A stretch of 64,000 nt of DNA from an uncultured virus (IMG/VR IMGVR_UViG_2061766007_000596) (Duplodnaviria; Heunggongvirae; Uroviricota; Caudoviricetes): IMG/VR virus record IMGVR_UViG_2061766007_000596; one strand, 5' to 3'. Shown in pieces: positions 1-7,720 of the stretch (position 1 is the stretch's first letter; each line of letters begins with the position of its first letter). The translations under genes were made by a program, and so were the position numbers. The notes below the pieces were generated by a model. That model was not told where the DNA came from. It saw only the letters and a list, made by a program, of their open reading frames with translations, and made no database searches.

Positions 1-590
1 TCAATGTTTATCAGCTTTTCACAAGCTACCGTCCATAAATCACACATGGGATATTGTTTGCCCCTAAACTCAAAAATAGGTGTTAAAAAGTCGGGATTAT
101 CACTTTCATCATTTCCATTTATAATATCAATACATCTACTTTTTTGTTGTGCCTCCCATATATTATAATCTTCATTGTAAAGATGATAAATATATTTTTC
201 AGTGAATGGAATTGCTTTTTTAAAATCAAAGCAGGCATTATAGGCAGTCACCATATCACACAATTCGAGGTCGGCGGAAAGTTCTTCCGCAATTTTATTC
301 CATGTTTTTGCAAAAATCTGTTCATTGTCTAAAAGATTTATATAAATAGGTCTTTTTTCACGATAATAAGCAGTATTGAAAACACTAGGGACAAAAAATG
401 TTTCTTGCACAAGATAATTGACTTTTTTCATTATATTACCTTGTCTATCAATAATTACCCAGCCTATATCATATATAAGTGGTTTTGCGATAGCTATTTT
501 CTGTTTCTGTTTTGCGTCTTTGCAAAGGTCGTTTGCAAAAGGCAAAGTTGCGGTTTCTGTGTCAAGTACTAAATAAAATTTCTTTTTCAT
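1..590 (-). CDS. DEDDh/DnaQ-like 3'-5' exonuclease (runs off the window edge; absent from the ORF track)
   Basis: Manual translation from ATG at 590: MKKKFYLVLDTETATLPF...MVTAYNACFDFKKAIP..., open to position 1. ExoI (DTE) and ExoII (YNxxFD) motifs; AGGAG RBS and promoter at 631-659. Confidence 0.8.
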   Translation of the reverse strand, partial: MKKKFYLVLDTETATLPFANDLCKDAKQKQKIAIAKPLIYDIGWVIIDRQGNIMKKVNYLVQETFFVPSVFNTAYYREKRPIYINLLDNEQIFAKTWNKIAEELSADLELCDMVTAYNACFDFKKAIPFTEKYIYHLYNEDYNIWEAQQKSRCIDIINGNDESDNPDFLTPIFEFRGKQYPMCDLWTVACEKLINI

Positions 591-630
591 ACCTTTTGGT
601 ATCTCCTTTTCTGTTTTAATTTATATAGGT

Positions 631-659
631 ATTATAACAGATGATATACGCATAAGCAA
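631..659 (-). promoter_or_regulatory. sigma-A-type promoter
   Basis: TTGCTT-17-TATAAT upstream of the exonuclease. Confidence 0.7.
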
Positions 660-718
660 GCATCAGATTGCATAAAATTCCGGGACTTTTTTTGTGCAAT
701 CTGACAAGTAATTTTTTC

Positions 719-747
719 TTGACAAAATACCTGGAACATAGTATAAT
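719..747 (+). promoter_or_regulatory. consensus sigma-A promoter pointing into a type-I hairpin (candidate small-RNA promoter)
   Basis: TTGACA-17-TATAAT; no plus-strand ORF follows. Confidence 0.7.
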
Positions 748-755
748 GCAAAGCT

Positions 756-784
756 CGGTGCGTCTTGAACTGCAGACGCACCGC
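756..784. repeat. type-I intergenic hairpin, copy 1
   Basis: CGGTGCGTC-TTGAACTGCA-GACGCACCG. Confidence 0.9.
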
Positions 785-821
785 CAAAGAAAGAGAGGCA
801 GGGGCTTTTAGCCCCCACCTC

Positions 822-1286
822 TTAAACATTTGCGGAAGATATTAAATTTAATAGGGCGGTGATAATACTTTCATTTGCATTGATTGTGTCACCAAGTGTC
901 CACCCCTTGCGGACATTATCATTATCATCTATCAAAATTTGCAATCCACCTAATTTTCTAGTGCAATCAGCTTTAGTTGTGCCATATTTTACTAGATGAA
1001 TTTCATCATAAGGAAAATTATATTTTTCTAACCAAGCTAATTTTGCTTGTCTAACTAGATTATCATATTCTTTTGAACTTCCTTTAGATAACCAAGTTGT
1101 AACAATTATTTTCCACCCCTGTAATTTAAGAAATAGTAAAATTTCATTTAAAATTTCTGGGTCGTATATGGGTTCTGCTATTTCATAAGGTCGTGGATTT
1201 TCACTCCTTAAATCTTCAAGCCAATTTTCTACACCATATAAATCTGCGATTGTTCCGTCCATGTCAAAAACTAAAATTTTGTCCAT
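822..1286 (-). CDS. HAD-superfamily phosphatase / 5'-nucleotidase-like protein
   Basis: N-terminal FDMDGTIAD (DxD motif I), motif II Thr (IVTTW), LIDD motif IV. Confidence 0.8.
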   Translation of the reverse strand: MDKILVFDMDGTIADLYGVENWLEDLRSENPRPYEIAEPIYDPEILNEILLFLKLQGWKIIVTTWLSKGSSKEYDNLVRQAKLAWLEKYNFPYDEIHLVKYGTTKADCTRKLGGLQILIDDNDNVRKGWTLGDTINANESIITALLNLISSANV

Positions 1287-1400
1287 TTGTATCCCTTCCT
1301 TTCATATACTAATAATACTCTTTTTTTAGGATTTTGCATAGTGGCAAAATAGCCAAATATTCAATTAAATTTTTGTGCAAGTTGCCCTGGAAAAAAAAAT

Positions 1401-1430
1401 GCGGTGCGTCTTGAACTGCAGACGCACCGC
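1401..1430. repeat. type-I intergenic hairpin, copy 2
   Basis: GCGGTGCGTC-TTGAACTGCA-GACGCACCGC. Confidence 0.9.
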
Positions 1431-1484
1431 TCAATAAAAAGGGGCAAAGCTGTTACACTTTGCCCGTTTTATCAGAAACGTCGA

Positions 1485-1883
1485 TTATTTTTTCAGCGGT
1501 CTGCACTCAATTATGTCAATTTTGAACGTTTTTTCACCAATTTTTACTGAAATTAGTTTATTTTCATTTAAAATAGTGACTTTTTCTTGATAAATACTCT
1601 TTAAATTGTTTAAAATCCCATTAAAAAGCGTTTTTTTCTCATCAGATACCTTTTTTTCTCGTGGTTTTTCTGATTTTTTTCTAGGTTTTTGCACTGTTTC
1701 ATGCTCAATCCCAGCTTTTTTAGCTTTTTCGTCAAGTTCCTGAGCAATTTCATTAACTTTATAGCCATTATCATCTAACCATAGGTCAATAGCATCAGCC
1801 ATTGATATATCTAAAGTAGATACTAATTTATCAAGTTCTTTATCTGGGATAATAATTGTTTTATCATTTAGTGTGTATTTCAT
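1485..1883 (-). CDS. hypothetical protein, paralog of 3856-4203
   Basis: 132 aa; Lys-rich linker and a C-terminal segment that aligns by eye with 3856-4203. Confidence 0.75.
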   Translation of the reverse strand: MKYTLNDKTIIIPDKELDKLVSTLDISMADAIDLWLDDNGYKVNEIAQELDEKAKKAGIEHETVQKPRKKSEKPREKKVSDEKKTLFNGILNNLKSIYQEKVTILNENKLISVKIGEKTFKIDIIECRPLKK

Positions 1884-1924
1884 GCAACCCCCTTAGAGGG
1901 GAGGGCGTTTCCGCCCTCAACAAC

Positions 1925-2308
1925 TTAGTCAGTAGTTACGGAGAAATATGCTTTTCTCTTATCAACAGTTCGTGTGACTGTCTGTTCCTTAACAAGAGAA
2001 GTCAGCATAGATGTAACTTTTGGAAGTGAAGTTCCATTAGGGATACGGTTATCAGCCAAAACCTCACTTGCAGTTACAGGAGTGCCAAGTTCGGTCAGAA
2101 TATCAACAATAGTTGACTTCAATTCTTCATTGGCTTCGTCCTTTTTGCTAGGCTTTTTGTTTGCGGACTTCTTATCAATCTGAGTGATACGACTTTCAAT
2201 AAAAGTCACCATATCTTCTACAGAAATTTCAGTGTCCTCACCATTCAGCTTAGCGATAATTGCATTGTAGTACTCTTTCATTGTGGTTTTCTTTTCCATT
2301 TGCATCAA
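1925..2308 (-). CDS. putative winged-helix DNA-binding protein, paralog of 4433-4831
   Basis: C-terminal TASEV...SLPKVTSMLTSLVKEQTVTRTVDKRKAYF fits a wHTH pattern; start codon uncertain by a few codons. Confidence 0.7.
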   Translation of the reverse strand: MMQMEKKTTMKEYYNAIIAKLNGEDTEISVEDMVTFIESRITQIDKKSANKKPSKKDEANEELKSTIVDILTELGTPVTASEVLADNRIPNGTSLPKVTSMLTSLVKEQTVTRTVDKRKAYFSVTTD

Positions 2309-2331
2309 CCCTTTCTTTATTTGATATAATA

Positions 2332-2360
2332 ATTATAACATATTTTTTATAAAAGGTCAA
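2332..2360 (-). promoter_or_regulatory. sigma-A promoter
   Basis: TTGACC-17-TATAAT. Confidence 0.75.
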
Positions 2361-2480
2361 GAGCTTTTTAAAAAAATTTGCAACTTTTTTTAAGAGCGGT
2401 ATCAGTTACGTTTCCGATGTCCACTAGGTTGTTTCTGTCAACTACCTCAACAGGCTCAACTCTTGACCTCTTATGTACTA

Positions 2481-2509
2481 ATTATAAGCTATGTTGATAA
2501 TAAATGCAA
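2481..2509 (-). promoter_or_regulatory. sigma-A promoter (tandem, upstream of a ~90-nt non-coding segment)
   Basis: TTGCAT-17-TATAAT. Confidence 0.65.
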
Positions 2510-2556
2510 GTACAAAAATGGGAAAATTAGACCCAGAATTTTGTTCAAATTGCCGA

Positions 2557-2585
2557 TTGACAAAAACCCTGGCCTGTGGTACAAT
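2557..2585 (+). promoter_or_regulatory. sigma-A promoter pointing into type-I hairpin copy 3
   Basis: TTGACA-17-TACAAT with TG extension. Confidence 0.65.
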
Positions 2586-2592
2586 GCGAAAC

Positions 2593-2622
2593 TCGCAGCG
2601 TTTTGAACTGCAAACGCTGCGA
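2593..2622. repeat. type-I intergenic hairpin, copy 3
   Basis: TCGCAGCGTT-TTGAACTGCA-AACGCTGCGA. Confidence 0.9.
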
Positions 2623-2631
2623 CAAAAGAGG

Positions 2632-2922
2632 TCAACTATCGTTGACCTCAAAAAAAGTGTCAATATTTTCATCTAACCCTAAATTAAAAGCAACCCAATC
2701 TGCATCAAAATCATTTAAGATATAGAAATCAATAAGGTTTTTTAGGGGAAGATATTTAATTTCTTCTTGATATTCCTCGTCCCAGCCATTTTCTTCAGAA
2801 TATAGATTTAAAAGTTTTTCTCTTAATGTCTTTTCATCTTTTACATAAAAATTTTGTTGTCTAGTTATTTTAATCATTTTCTGATACTCCATTCTTATCA
2901 TAAAATTCTTGAAAACTTTCAC
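2632..2922 (-). CDS. hypothetical protein (true start probably MIKITR at ~2877, coupled to the upstream stop)
   Basis: ORF track; acidic phage-like composition. Confidence 0.6.
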   Translation of the reverse strand: MKVFKNFMIRMEYQKMIKITRQQNFYVKDEKTLREKLLNLYSEENGWDEEYQEEIKYLPLKNLIDFYILNDFDADWVAFNLGLDENIDTFFEVNDS

Positions 2923-3382
2923 TCATGCGAAGTGCCATGTTTTTAATTTTTCGTGGGTGCTTTTTTGCATAATTAACTGCCCATTGGGTAGCCATTATTT
3001 CATCAGGTAATGAAAAATATTGAAATTCATATTTCTTCCATGTTTCTTCATCATCTGTATTATTTATATCTTCATCTATTCTGATTTTTTCTTCATCACA
3101 AAATTTTTGTACTCCATAAGAAATACTTTGTATTGTTTTGTGGTGTCCTATCTCATGTAAAAACAAGAGAATGAAAGGATATTCAAAAGAATAGTCAAAA
3201 CGGTCTTTTACAAAATCAATTAACCATTCATATTCTATCGGTAAATTAATTCCAAAAGTAATACCATATTCACTAGGTAAATAAGAATATTCACCTGTTA
3301 ATTCTGCGGAAATGATGCCAAAAGGGGATAGTTCTTTAAGAATAGCACTATTTAATTTTTTCTTACCTTTAACTTTACTCAT
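2870..3382 (-). CDS. putative zincin-like metallopeptidase-domain protein
   Basis: HEIGH (HExxH) motif plus a downstream Glu (PDEIMA). Confidence 0.55.
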   Translation of the reverse strand: MSKVKGKKKLNSAILKELSPFGIISAELTGEYSYLPSEYGITFGINLPIEYEWLIDFVKDRFDYSFEYPFILLFLHEIGHHKTIQSISYGVQKFCDEEKIRIDEDINNTDDEETWKKYEFQYFSLPDEIMATQWAVNYAKKHPRKIKNMALRMSESFQEFYDKNGVSEND

Positions 3383-3496
3383 AATTATTACCTCTCTATA
3401 TTGAATATTATACTCTCATTTTAGGAGAATACAATAGTTGAAAATATACAAAAATCCAGGGCAAAAATTGTGCAATAATACTAATCTAGTGAAATT

Positions 3497-3526
3497 GCGT
3501 GGCGTTTTGAACTGCAAACGCCACGC
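3497..3526. repeat. type-I intergenic hairpin, copy 4
   Basis: GCGTGGCGTT-TTGAACTGCA-AACGCCACGC. Confidence 0.9.
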
Positions 3527-3590
3527 CAAGTAAAAGACCAGCCAAAAGGCTGGTCAAAGAGAGAAGGGGGGCGAACATTTAGATAAAAAA

Positions 3591-3663
3591 TGCGGTCGAG
3601 GAGGTTCGAACTCCCGACAACCTGATTAAAAGTCAGGTGCTCTGCCAACTGAGCTACGACCGC
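3591..3663 (-). tRNA. tRNA-Lys (anticodon UUU), CCA not encoded
   Basis: GCGGTCGTAGCTCAGTTGGCAGAGCACCTGACTTTTAATCAGGTTGTCGGGAGTTCGAACCTCCTCGACCGCA folds as a canonical cloverleaf. Confidence 0.95.
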
Positions 3664-3677
3664 TTGTGTGGCAAGGG

Positions 3678-3851
3678 TTACTGAACCCTTGTGTCAGCCA
3701 CCTTTCCGTTTGGGAACACCACGTTCTCAAACACAACGCGGAAGCCTGCAAGCTCCGCCTTGGCGCGGAATACTCCATCAGAGTTCCACTTCTTTACGAA
3801 CTCTGCACGGGTGTTGGGACAATCGTTACGGGTAAGTTTAAGATTAGTCAT
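3678..3851 (-). CDS. hypothetical protein (57 aa, MTNLKLTRNDC...)
   Basis: Start reassigned to ATG 3851 after an AAGGA RBS. Confidence 0.65.
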   Translation of the reverse strand: MTNLKLTRNDCPNTRAEFVKKWNSDGVFRAKAELAGFRVVFENVVFPNGKVADTRVQ

Positions 3852-3855
3852 AGCT

Positions 3856-4203
3856 TTAGTTTCCTTTCTTTTTCCTGTGTTTGATAAGTGATAGTGAGTA
3901 ATCATCATTCCCAATGCGGAAAGTGATTTCCTTTACTTCATTTACTATTTTAACATCTGTTACAGTAGTTGTCAAGAGTAAATTTTCAAGTTTTTTAATA
4001 AACTCTACTTTGATGGGGTCTTTCTTGACTTCACGTTTTTTACGTTCTTTAGGCTCTTCCGCTTGAGCATAGTCGGTGATACCTTTAGCTTTAATTTCCA
4101 TTTCCGCCATTTCTTCAGCTTCTTCTCTTGTTACAGGTTCACCATCTAATTCAGCTTGTTTCATAATTGAGTTAATCAGTTTTTCTTTTTTCTTCTCGTC
4201 CAT
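3856..4203 (-). CDS. hypothetical protein, paralog of 1485-1883
   Basis: 115 aa; own promoter TTGCAA-17-TATAAT at 4233-4261. Confidence 0.75.
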   Translation of the reverse strand: MDEKKKEKLINSIMKQAELDGEPVTREEAEEMAEMEIKAKGITDYAQAEEPKERKKREVKKDPIKVEFIKKLENLLLTTTVTDVKIVNEVKEITFRIGNDDYSLSLIKHRKKKGN

Positions 4204-4344
4204 ATTTAATTCCCCTTCTTTTTTATATAAATATTATAACAAAATTTTTTAAAATTTGCAAGTACAAATTTTGGGGGTCCAGGGCTTTGGTTTTTGTGCA
4301 ATTTTACTAATAAAAAATCTTGAGCCAGAGGTCTAACGTAAAAA

Positions 4345-4374
4345 TCGGCGCGTCTTGAACTGCAGACGCGCCGA
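4345..4374. repeat. type-I intergenic hairpin, copy 5
   Basis: TCGGCGCGTC-TTGAACTGCA-GACGCGCCGA. Confidence 0.9.
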
Positions 4375-4432
4375 CAAAGCAAAAGGGCTAGGAAACTCAG
4401 CCCTAGCCCTTGATACAAGGAACATTTACCGA

Positions 4433-4831
4433 TTAGGTTTCTTCGTCCTCACTTTCAGTGATGGAGAAGTAAGCCTTGCGCTTATCCACAACCCTAGTTA
4501 CGACCTGCTCCTTTACAAGTGCAGTAAGCATTGAAGTCACTTTAGGAAGTGAAGTACCATCAGGGATACGATTGTCCGTAAGGATTTCAGATGCGGTAAC
4601 AGGGTTTCCAAGCTCTGTGAGAATGGTTACGATGGTTGACTTCAAAACCTCGTTTTCCTCATTCTTCTTTGTGGGTTTCTTGTTTGCAGACTTCTTATCA
4701 ATCTGTGAAATACGGCTCTCAAGAAACTGCACGCTATCCTCAAGAGGAATAGTAGGCTCTCCGCCATTCAGTACGTTGATAATGTCTGTGTAATACTCTT
4801 TCATTGTGGTTTTCTTTTCCATAAGCAACAC
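4433..4831 (-). CDS. putative winged-helix DNA-binding protein, paralog of 1925-2308
   Basis: Closely similar to 1925-2308 (MEKKTTMKEYY...SLPKVTSMLT.LVKEQ...VDKRKAYFS). Confidence 0.75.
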   Translation of the reverse strand: MLLMEKKTTMKEYYTDIINVLNGGEPTIPLEDSVQFLESRISQIDKKSANKKPTKKNEENEVLKSTIVTILTELGNPVTASEILTDNRIPDGTSLPKVTSMLTALVKEQVVTRVVDKRKAYFSITESEDEET

Positions 4832-4872
4832 CTCTTTCTTAAAAATGTTTTTTGGTTTCTTTTGATATATTT

Positions 4873-4901
4873 ATTATATCAAATTATTATTCAGTTGTCA
4901 A
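4873..4901 (-). promoter_or_regulatory. consensus sigma-A promoter (second promoter TTGACT-17-TACAAT at 5025-5053)
   Basis: TTGACA-17-TATAAT. Confidence 0.8.
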
Positions 4902-5147
4902 GAAAAATTATAACTTTTTTTTATTGAGGTTTTCTCCTCGGAATTGACTGCCCAAGTTTGCCGTCTAGTGCGCGCCCTAGCGAGGTTGTCTTGATACTGT
5001 TAAGTCGTTTCCTTTGATAATAAGATTGTATCAAAAAAAGTAATTAAAGTCAACAAAATAATAAACAAAGTTCCAGGATTTCCGGGGCTTGTTTTTGTAC
5101 AAAATGCACAAACAAAAAATTTCTGAGGTCTGTGTTGTAGTGAAAAT

Positions 5148-5177
5148 GCGCGGCGTTTGGCACTGAAAACGCCGCGC
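5148..5177. repeat. type-I intergenic hairpin, copy 6 (variant loop)
   Basis: GCGCGGCGTT-TGGCACTGAA-AACGCCGCGC. Confidence 0.85.
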
Positions 5178-5196
5178 CCAAAGGCCCGGCAATTTT

Positions 5197-5523
5197 CTAT
5201 GTTTTTATAATTTCCATAGGTGGCAATTCAATAGGACAATTTGCTAAAAATTTTTCAAAAGTATAATCTTTGTTTCGTTTTAATCCTTTTGGCACTTCAT
5301 ACCATTCTGTGTTTTTAACCTGTGTGTATCCTAGTCGTTTATAGTAAGAATGTATAGCACCTTCCGCAATCGAGTCAAAACCATCGGCAATATTTGCAAT
5401 TTCAATACATTTTGCTAGCGGATTATGTGTTTTGTAAGTGTTCATTCTTTTTTGTAGGTCTTTTGTTATTCCTACTTTTACAAGAGTTTTTGCTCCTCTA
5501 CTATCTTTTATTAAGTATAGCAT
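5197..5523 (-). CDS. GIY-YIG-superfamily (T5orf172/MUG113-like) nuclease-domain protein
   Basis: LYLI...VKVGITKDLQKRMNTYKTHNP...AEGAIH...TEWY pattern. Confidence 0.7.
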   Translation of the reverse strand: MLYLIKDSRGAKTLVKVGITKDLQKRMNTYKTHNPLAKCIEIANIADGFDSIAEGAIHSYYKRLGYTQVKNTEWYEVPKGLKRNKDYTFEKFLANCPIELPPMEIIKT

Positions 5524-5804
5524 TACTCAATTGCTCCCTTCGCAGTTTCCGCCATTTTATTTATTGCTTCTTTAAAATCATTATAAGGATTGTTAATATC
5601 TTCATATTTAACACCCAAGGATTGAACGAACATTACAACTCCCATACCTCTATCTAAAGTAGCCTTGCGACTCATTTCAATTAGTTTTCTTTCATCTTCT
5701 CTTGATGGAATAGATGGAGCGGAAGTTTGACGAGATATAAAAGCTCTAAAATCTTTGTGCTCAGTATTAAGATAATCAAGTGTTTTTTCAAGTATTGTAT
5801 TCAT
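5523..5804 (-). CDS. hypothetical protein
   Basis: 93 aa, AAGGAG RBS, coupled to the downstream gene. Confidence 0.7.
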   Translation of the reverse strand: MNTILEKTLDYLNTEHKDFRAFISRQTSAPSIPSREDERKLIEMSRKATLDRGMGVVMFVQSLGVKYEDINNPYNDFKEAINKMAETAKGAIE

Positions 5805-5816
5805 AATAATATCTCC

Positions 5817-5987
5817 TTAAATAAAAATAAATAAAAATTTGCTAGTTACTTTGTACCCTTTAACAGGCTTATCCATGTAGAACATTAACATATCGCCTAC
5901 ACCTTTGTGAGTGGCACTATCTATAATACGGATAGTTCTACCATAGATAAGTTTAGTATTTTTGTCAATCCAATCATTAACTGTCAT
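5817..5987 (-). CDS. small hypothetical protein (56 aa; below the ORF-track cutoff)
   Basis: MTVNDWIDKNTKLIYGRTIRIIDSATHKGVGDMLMFYMDKPVKGYKVTSKFLFIFI; GAGAGG RBS; TATAAT just upstream. Confidence 0.65.
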   Translation of the reverse strand: MTVNDWIDKNTKLIYGRTIRIIDSATHKGVGDMLMFYMDKPVKGYKVTSKFLFIFI

Positions 5988-6102
5988 ACCTGGTACCTCT
6001 CTTCTTATATACTATTATACTCTAATATGGGAAGAATACAATTGTTCAAAATAGATAAAAATCGGGGTATAAATTTATGAAAGGTGCATAATAATGGAAA
6101 AT

Positions 6103-6132
6103 GCGTGCCGACGCGGAGCATTGTCGGCACGC
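6103..6132. repeat. type-I intergenic hairpin, copy 7 (different 10-nt loop)
   Basis: GCGTGCCGAC-GCGGAGCATT-GTCGGCACGC; same size and context. Confidence 0.8.
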
Positions 6133-6151
6133 TCAAAGAGAAAGAGAGGGC

Positions 6152-6385
6152 TTAACCCTCTCTTTTATATACTCTTACTTTGTAAGTAGCATAACCGTAT
6201 TTAGATAAATCATTGAGTTGCCATCTTCTTTGCTGACATATTTTTTTGATGCCATCTTTTTGAAGTTCTTTTTTGAAATTCTTATTCGTTGAATAATCGG
6301 CATCTGTGTACTGTTCACGTTTAACTATGCAACTTACAGGCTTATAAGCCTTACTATATAAAGTTACTTGATATTCTTTAATCAT
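6152..6385 (-). CDS. hypothetical basic protein
   Basis: 77 aa, coupled to the upstream gene. Confidence 0.7.
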   Translation of the reverse strand: MIKEYQVTLYSKAYKPVSCIVKREQYTDADYSTNKNFKKELQKDGIKKICQQRRWQLNDLSKYGYATYKVRVYKREG

Positions 6386-6659
6386 TGACAGTCACCTCTT
6401 TTACTTTCAAAATAATGTCATCATTTCGGGTATAGTCTGTACAGTTATTATCAAAATAGAGTTTTACTGTTTGACCTCTATAATAATTTGTATCAGATAC
6501 ACCCCATAAATATCCTGCTCCATCTACAAAAGTAGTACCTGTTTCATCAACTGTATAAACATCAGCTATTACACTGTAATGAGTATCAGCATAACCGCCG
6601 ATAATCAATAGACCTAAAATAAAGATGATTGCTAAAAGTCCTGTAAAAAAGTTTTTCAT
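6378..6659 (-). CDS. small membrane-anchored protein
   Basis: N-terminal hydrophobic helix FFTGLLAIIFILGLLIIGG. Confidence 0.7.
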   Translation of the reverse strand: MKNFFTGLLAIIFILGLLIIGGYADTHYSVIADVYTVDETGTTFVDGAGYLWGVSDTNYYRGQTVKLYFDNNCTDYTRNDDIILKVKEVTVND

Positions 6660-6689
6660 TTTGTTTTCCCTCTTTTCTCTTTTTATAAA

Positions 6690-6774
6690 GGAGAGACCGC
6701 TAAGTTTATAGGCGGTAGATACCTAGGGCCGTTCTTCGTTTATAGGAACGGGATAAACCTCTTGCCCTCTCTCC
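6690..6774 (-). ncRNA. candidate structured 5' leader RNA
   Basis: Outer stem GGAGAGA/TCTCTCC encloses two hairpins, both with loops starting CTATAAAC; promoter TTGATT-17-TATAAT at 6783-6811. Confidence 0.55.
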
Positions 6775-6905
6775 ATGATTTAATTATACGCTCATAGTTT
6801 TTAAAAATCAACCTGGAACTTGCACAAATTTAAGGAAAAAAATGCCCCGGTTCTTGTGCAAAATGCACAAACAAAAAACCCTAAAGCCATTTGCTTAGTT
6901 AAAAT

Positions 6906-6935
6906 GCGCTGCGTTTTGAACTGCAAACGCAGCGC
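6906..6935. repeat. type-I intergenic hairpin, copy 8
   Basis: GCGCTGCGTT-TTGAACTGCA-AACGCAGCGC. Confidence 0.9.
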
Positions 6936-6939
6936 TCAA

Positions 6940-7224
6940 CAAAAGGGAGAGTCTTCTATACTCTCCCTGGCGATTTTATGAAGTTGGTAGCCGACCCTGC
7001 TCGGCAAACACCTTAGGTATCCATTTCCACTCTAGTAGGAAATCGCTGCTAATCTACTGTGCAAGCTCACCCCTGTGCACAAGGTACGACAGACTTAAAG
7101 GGCACTAAATGTTATTTAAGAGTAGCTTACTAGAGGCTCACGCACTCTCCGCCCGATTGGCTTGTCGGTCTATCCAAATGGAAGTTTCTCGCTCCCTCAT
7201 AGGAGTGTCAGTCATCTCCTCGAC
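6940..7224 (-). ncRNA. candidate ~285-nt structured non-coding RNA
   Basis: Promoter TTGTGC-17-TATCAT (7231-7259); intrinsic terminator GGGAGAG/CTCTCCC+T-run (6940-6967); many short stems; no ORF of 60 aa or more. Confidence 0.55.
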
Positions 7225-7355
7225 ATAATTATGATAACATATCTAGGGTAATGGCACAATAGTAATAATGCACAAAAATACGGGATTCTGATTGTGCATT
7301 TTGCTAGTTAGTTTTCAAATAAAAAAAGACCCGGCTATTCCAGTAAAGCAAAATA

Positions 7356-7382
7356 CGTCGCGCAACGTCCCATCGCGCGACG
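7356..7382. repeat. degenerate type-I hairpin (another at 8219-8258)
   Basis: CGTCGCGC-N11-GCGCGACG in the same position next to a terminator. Confidence 0.6.
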
Positions 7383-7448
7383 CTCAGACAAAAGGAGAGC
7401 CCCCAATTTCTTGGGGGCAATGGGAATATAAGAGGTAAAATAAAATTG

Positions 7449-7643
7449 TTAGACCCTAGCTACAAGGCGGTGAAGAGGTTTTATAGGGTTTTCATCAATC
7501 TCCTTGTTAGTATAAACAGGAACTACTGTGCAACCGCCCATCTCTTCAGCTTTTTTCTTTGCTTCGGGATAAGAAGTAATTCCCTCAGCTACGATAATAG
7601 AATTATGTCTGTTACTAACTATATTGTAGGTTAATTTTGTCAT
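7449..7643 (-). CDS. hypothetical protein
   Basis: 64 aa, GAGGAG RBS, promoter TTGACA-17-TATAAT at 7671-7699. Confidence 0.7.
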   Translation of the reverse strand: MTKLTYNIVSNRHNSIIVAEGITSYPEAKKKAEEMGGCTVVPVYTNKEIDENPIKPLHRLVARV

Positions 7644-7720
7644 TTTAAAATATCTCCTCTCTTTTTTTCTATTATATCAAAAATTTAATAATTTGTCAAC
7701 ATTTAGGGGCAGGAGCTCTA

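Noticed and set aside
1401..1430. Type-I hairpin as a type I-C CRISPR repeat mimic (GGTGCGT..TTGAA) or a tRNA T-loop mimic (GTTCAA)
   Set aside because: The resemblance is partial and permuted, and the stem sequence is not conserved across copies, so it is too weak to call.
1974..2183. Plus-strand ORFs 1974-2183 and 4476-4793 resemble each other
   Set aside because: They are antisense shadows of the paralogous wHTH genes.
3591..3663. tRNA as a prophage attachment site
   Set aside because: There is no integrase, no duplicated tRNA 3' end, and phage-like genes lie on both sides.
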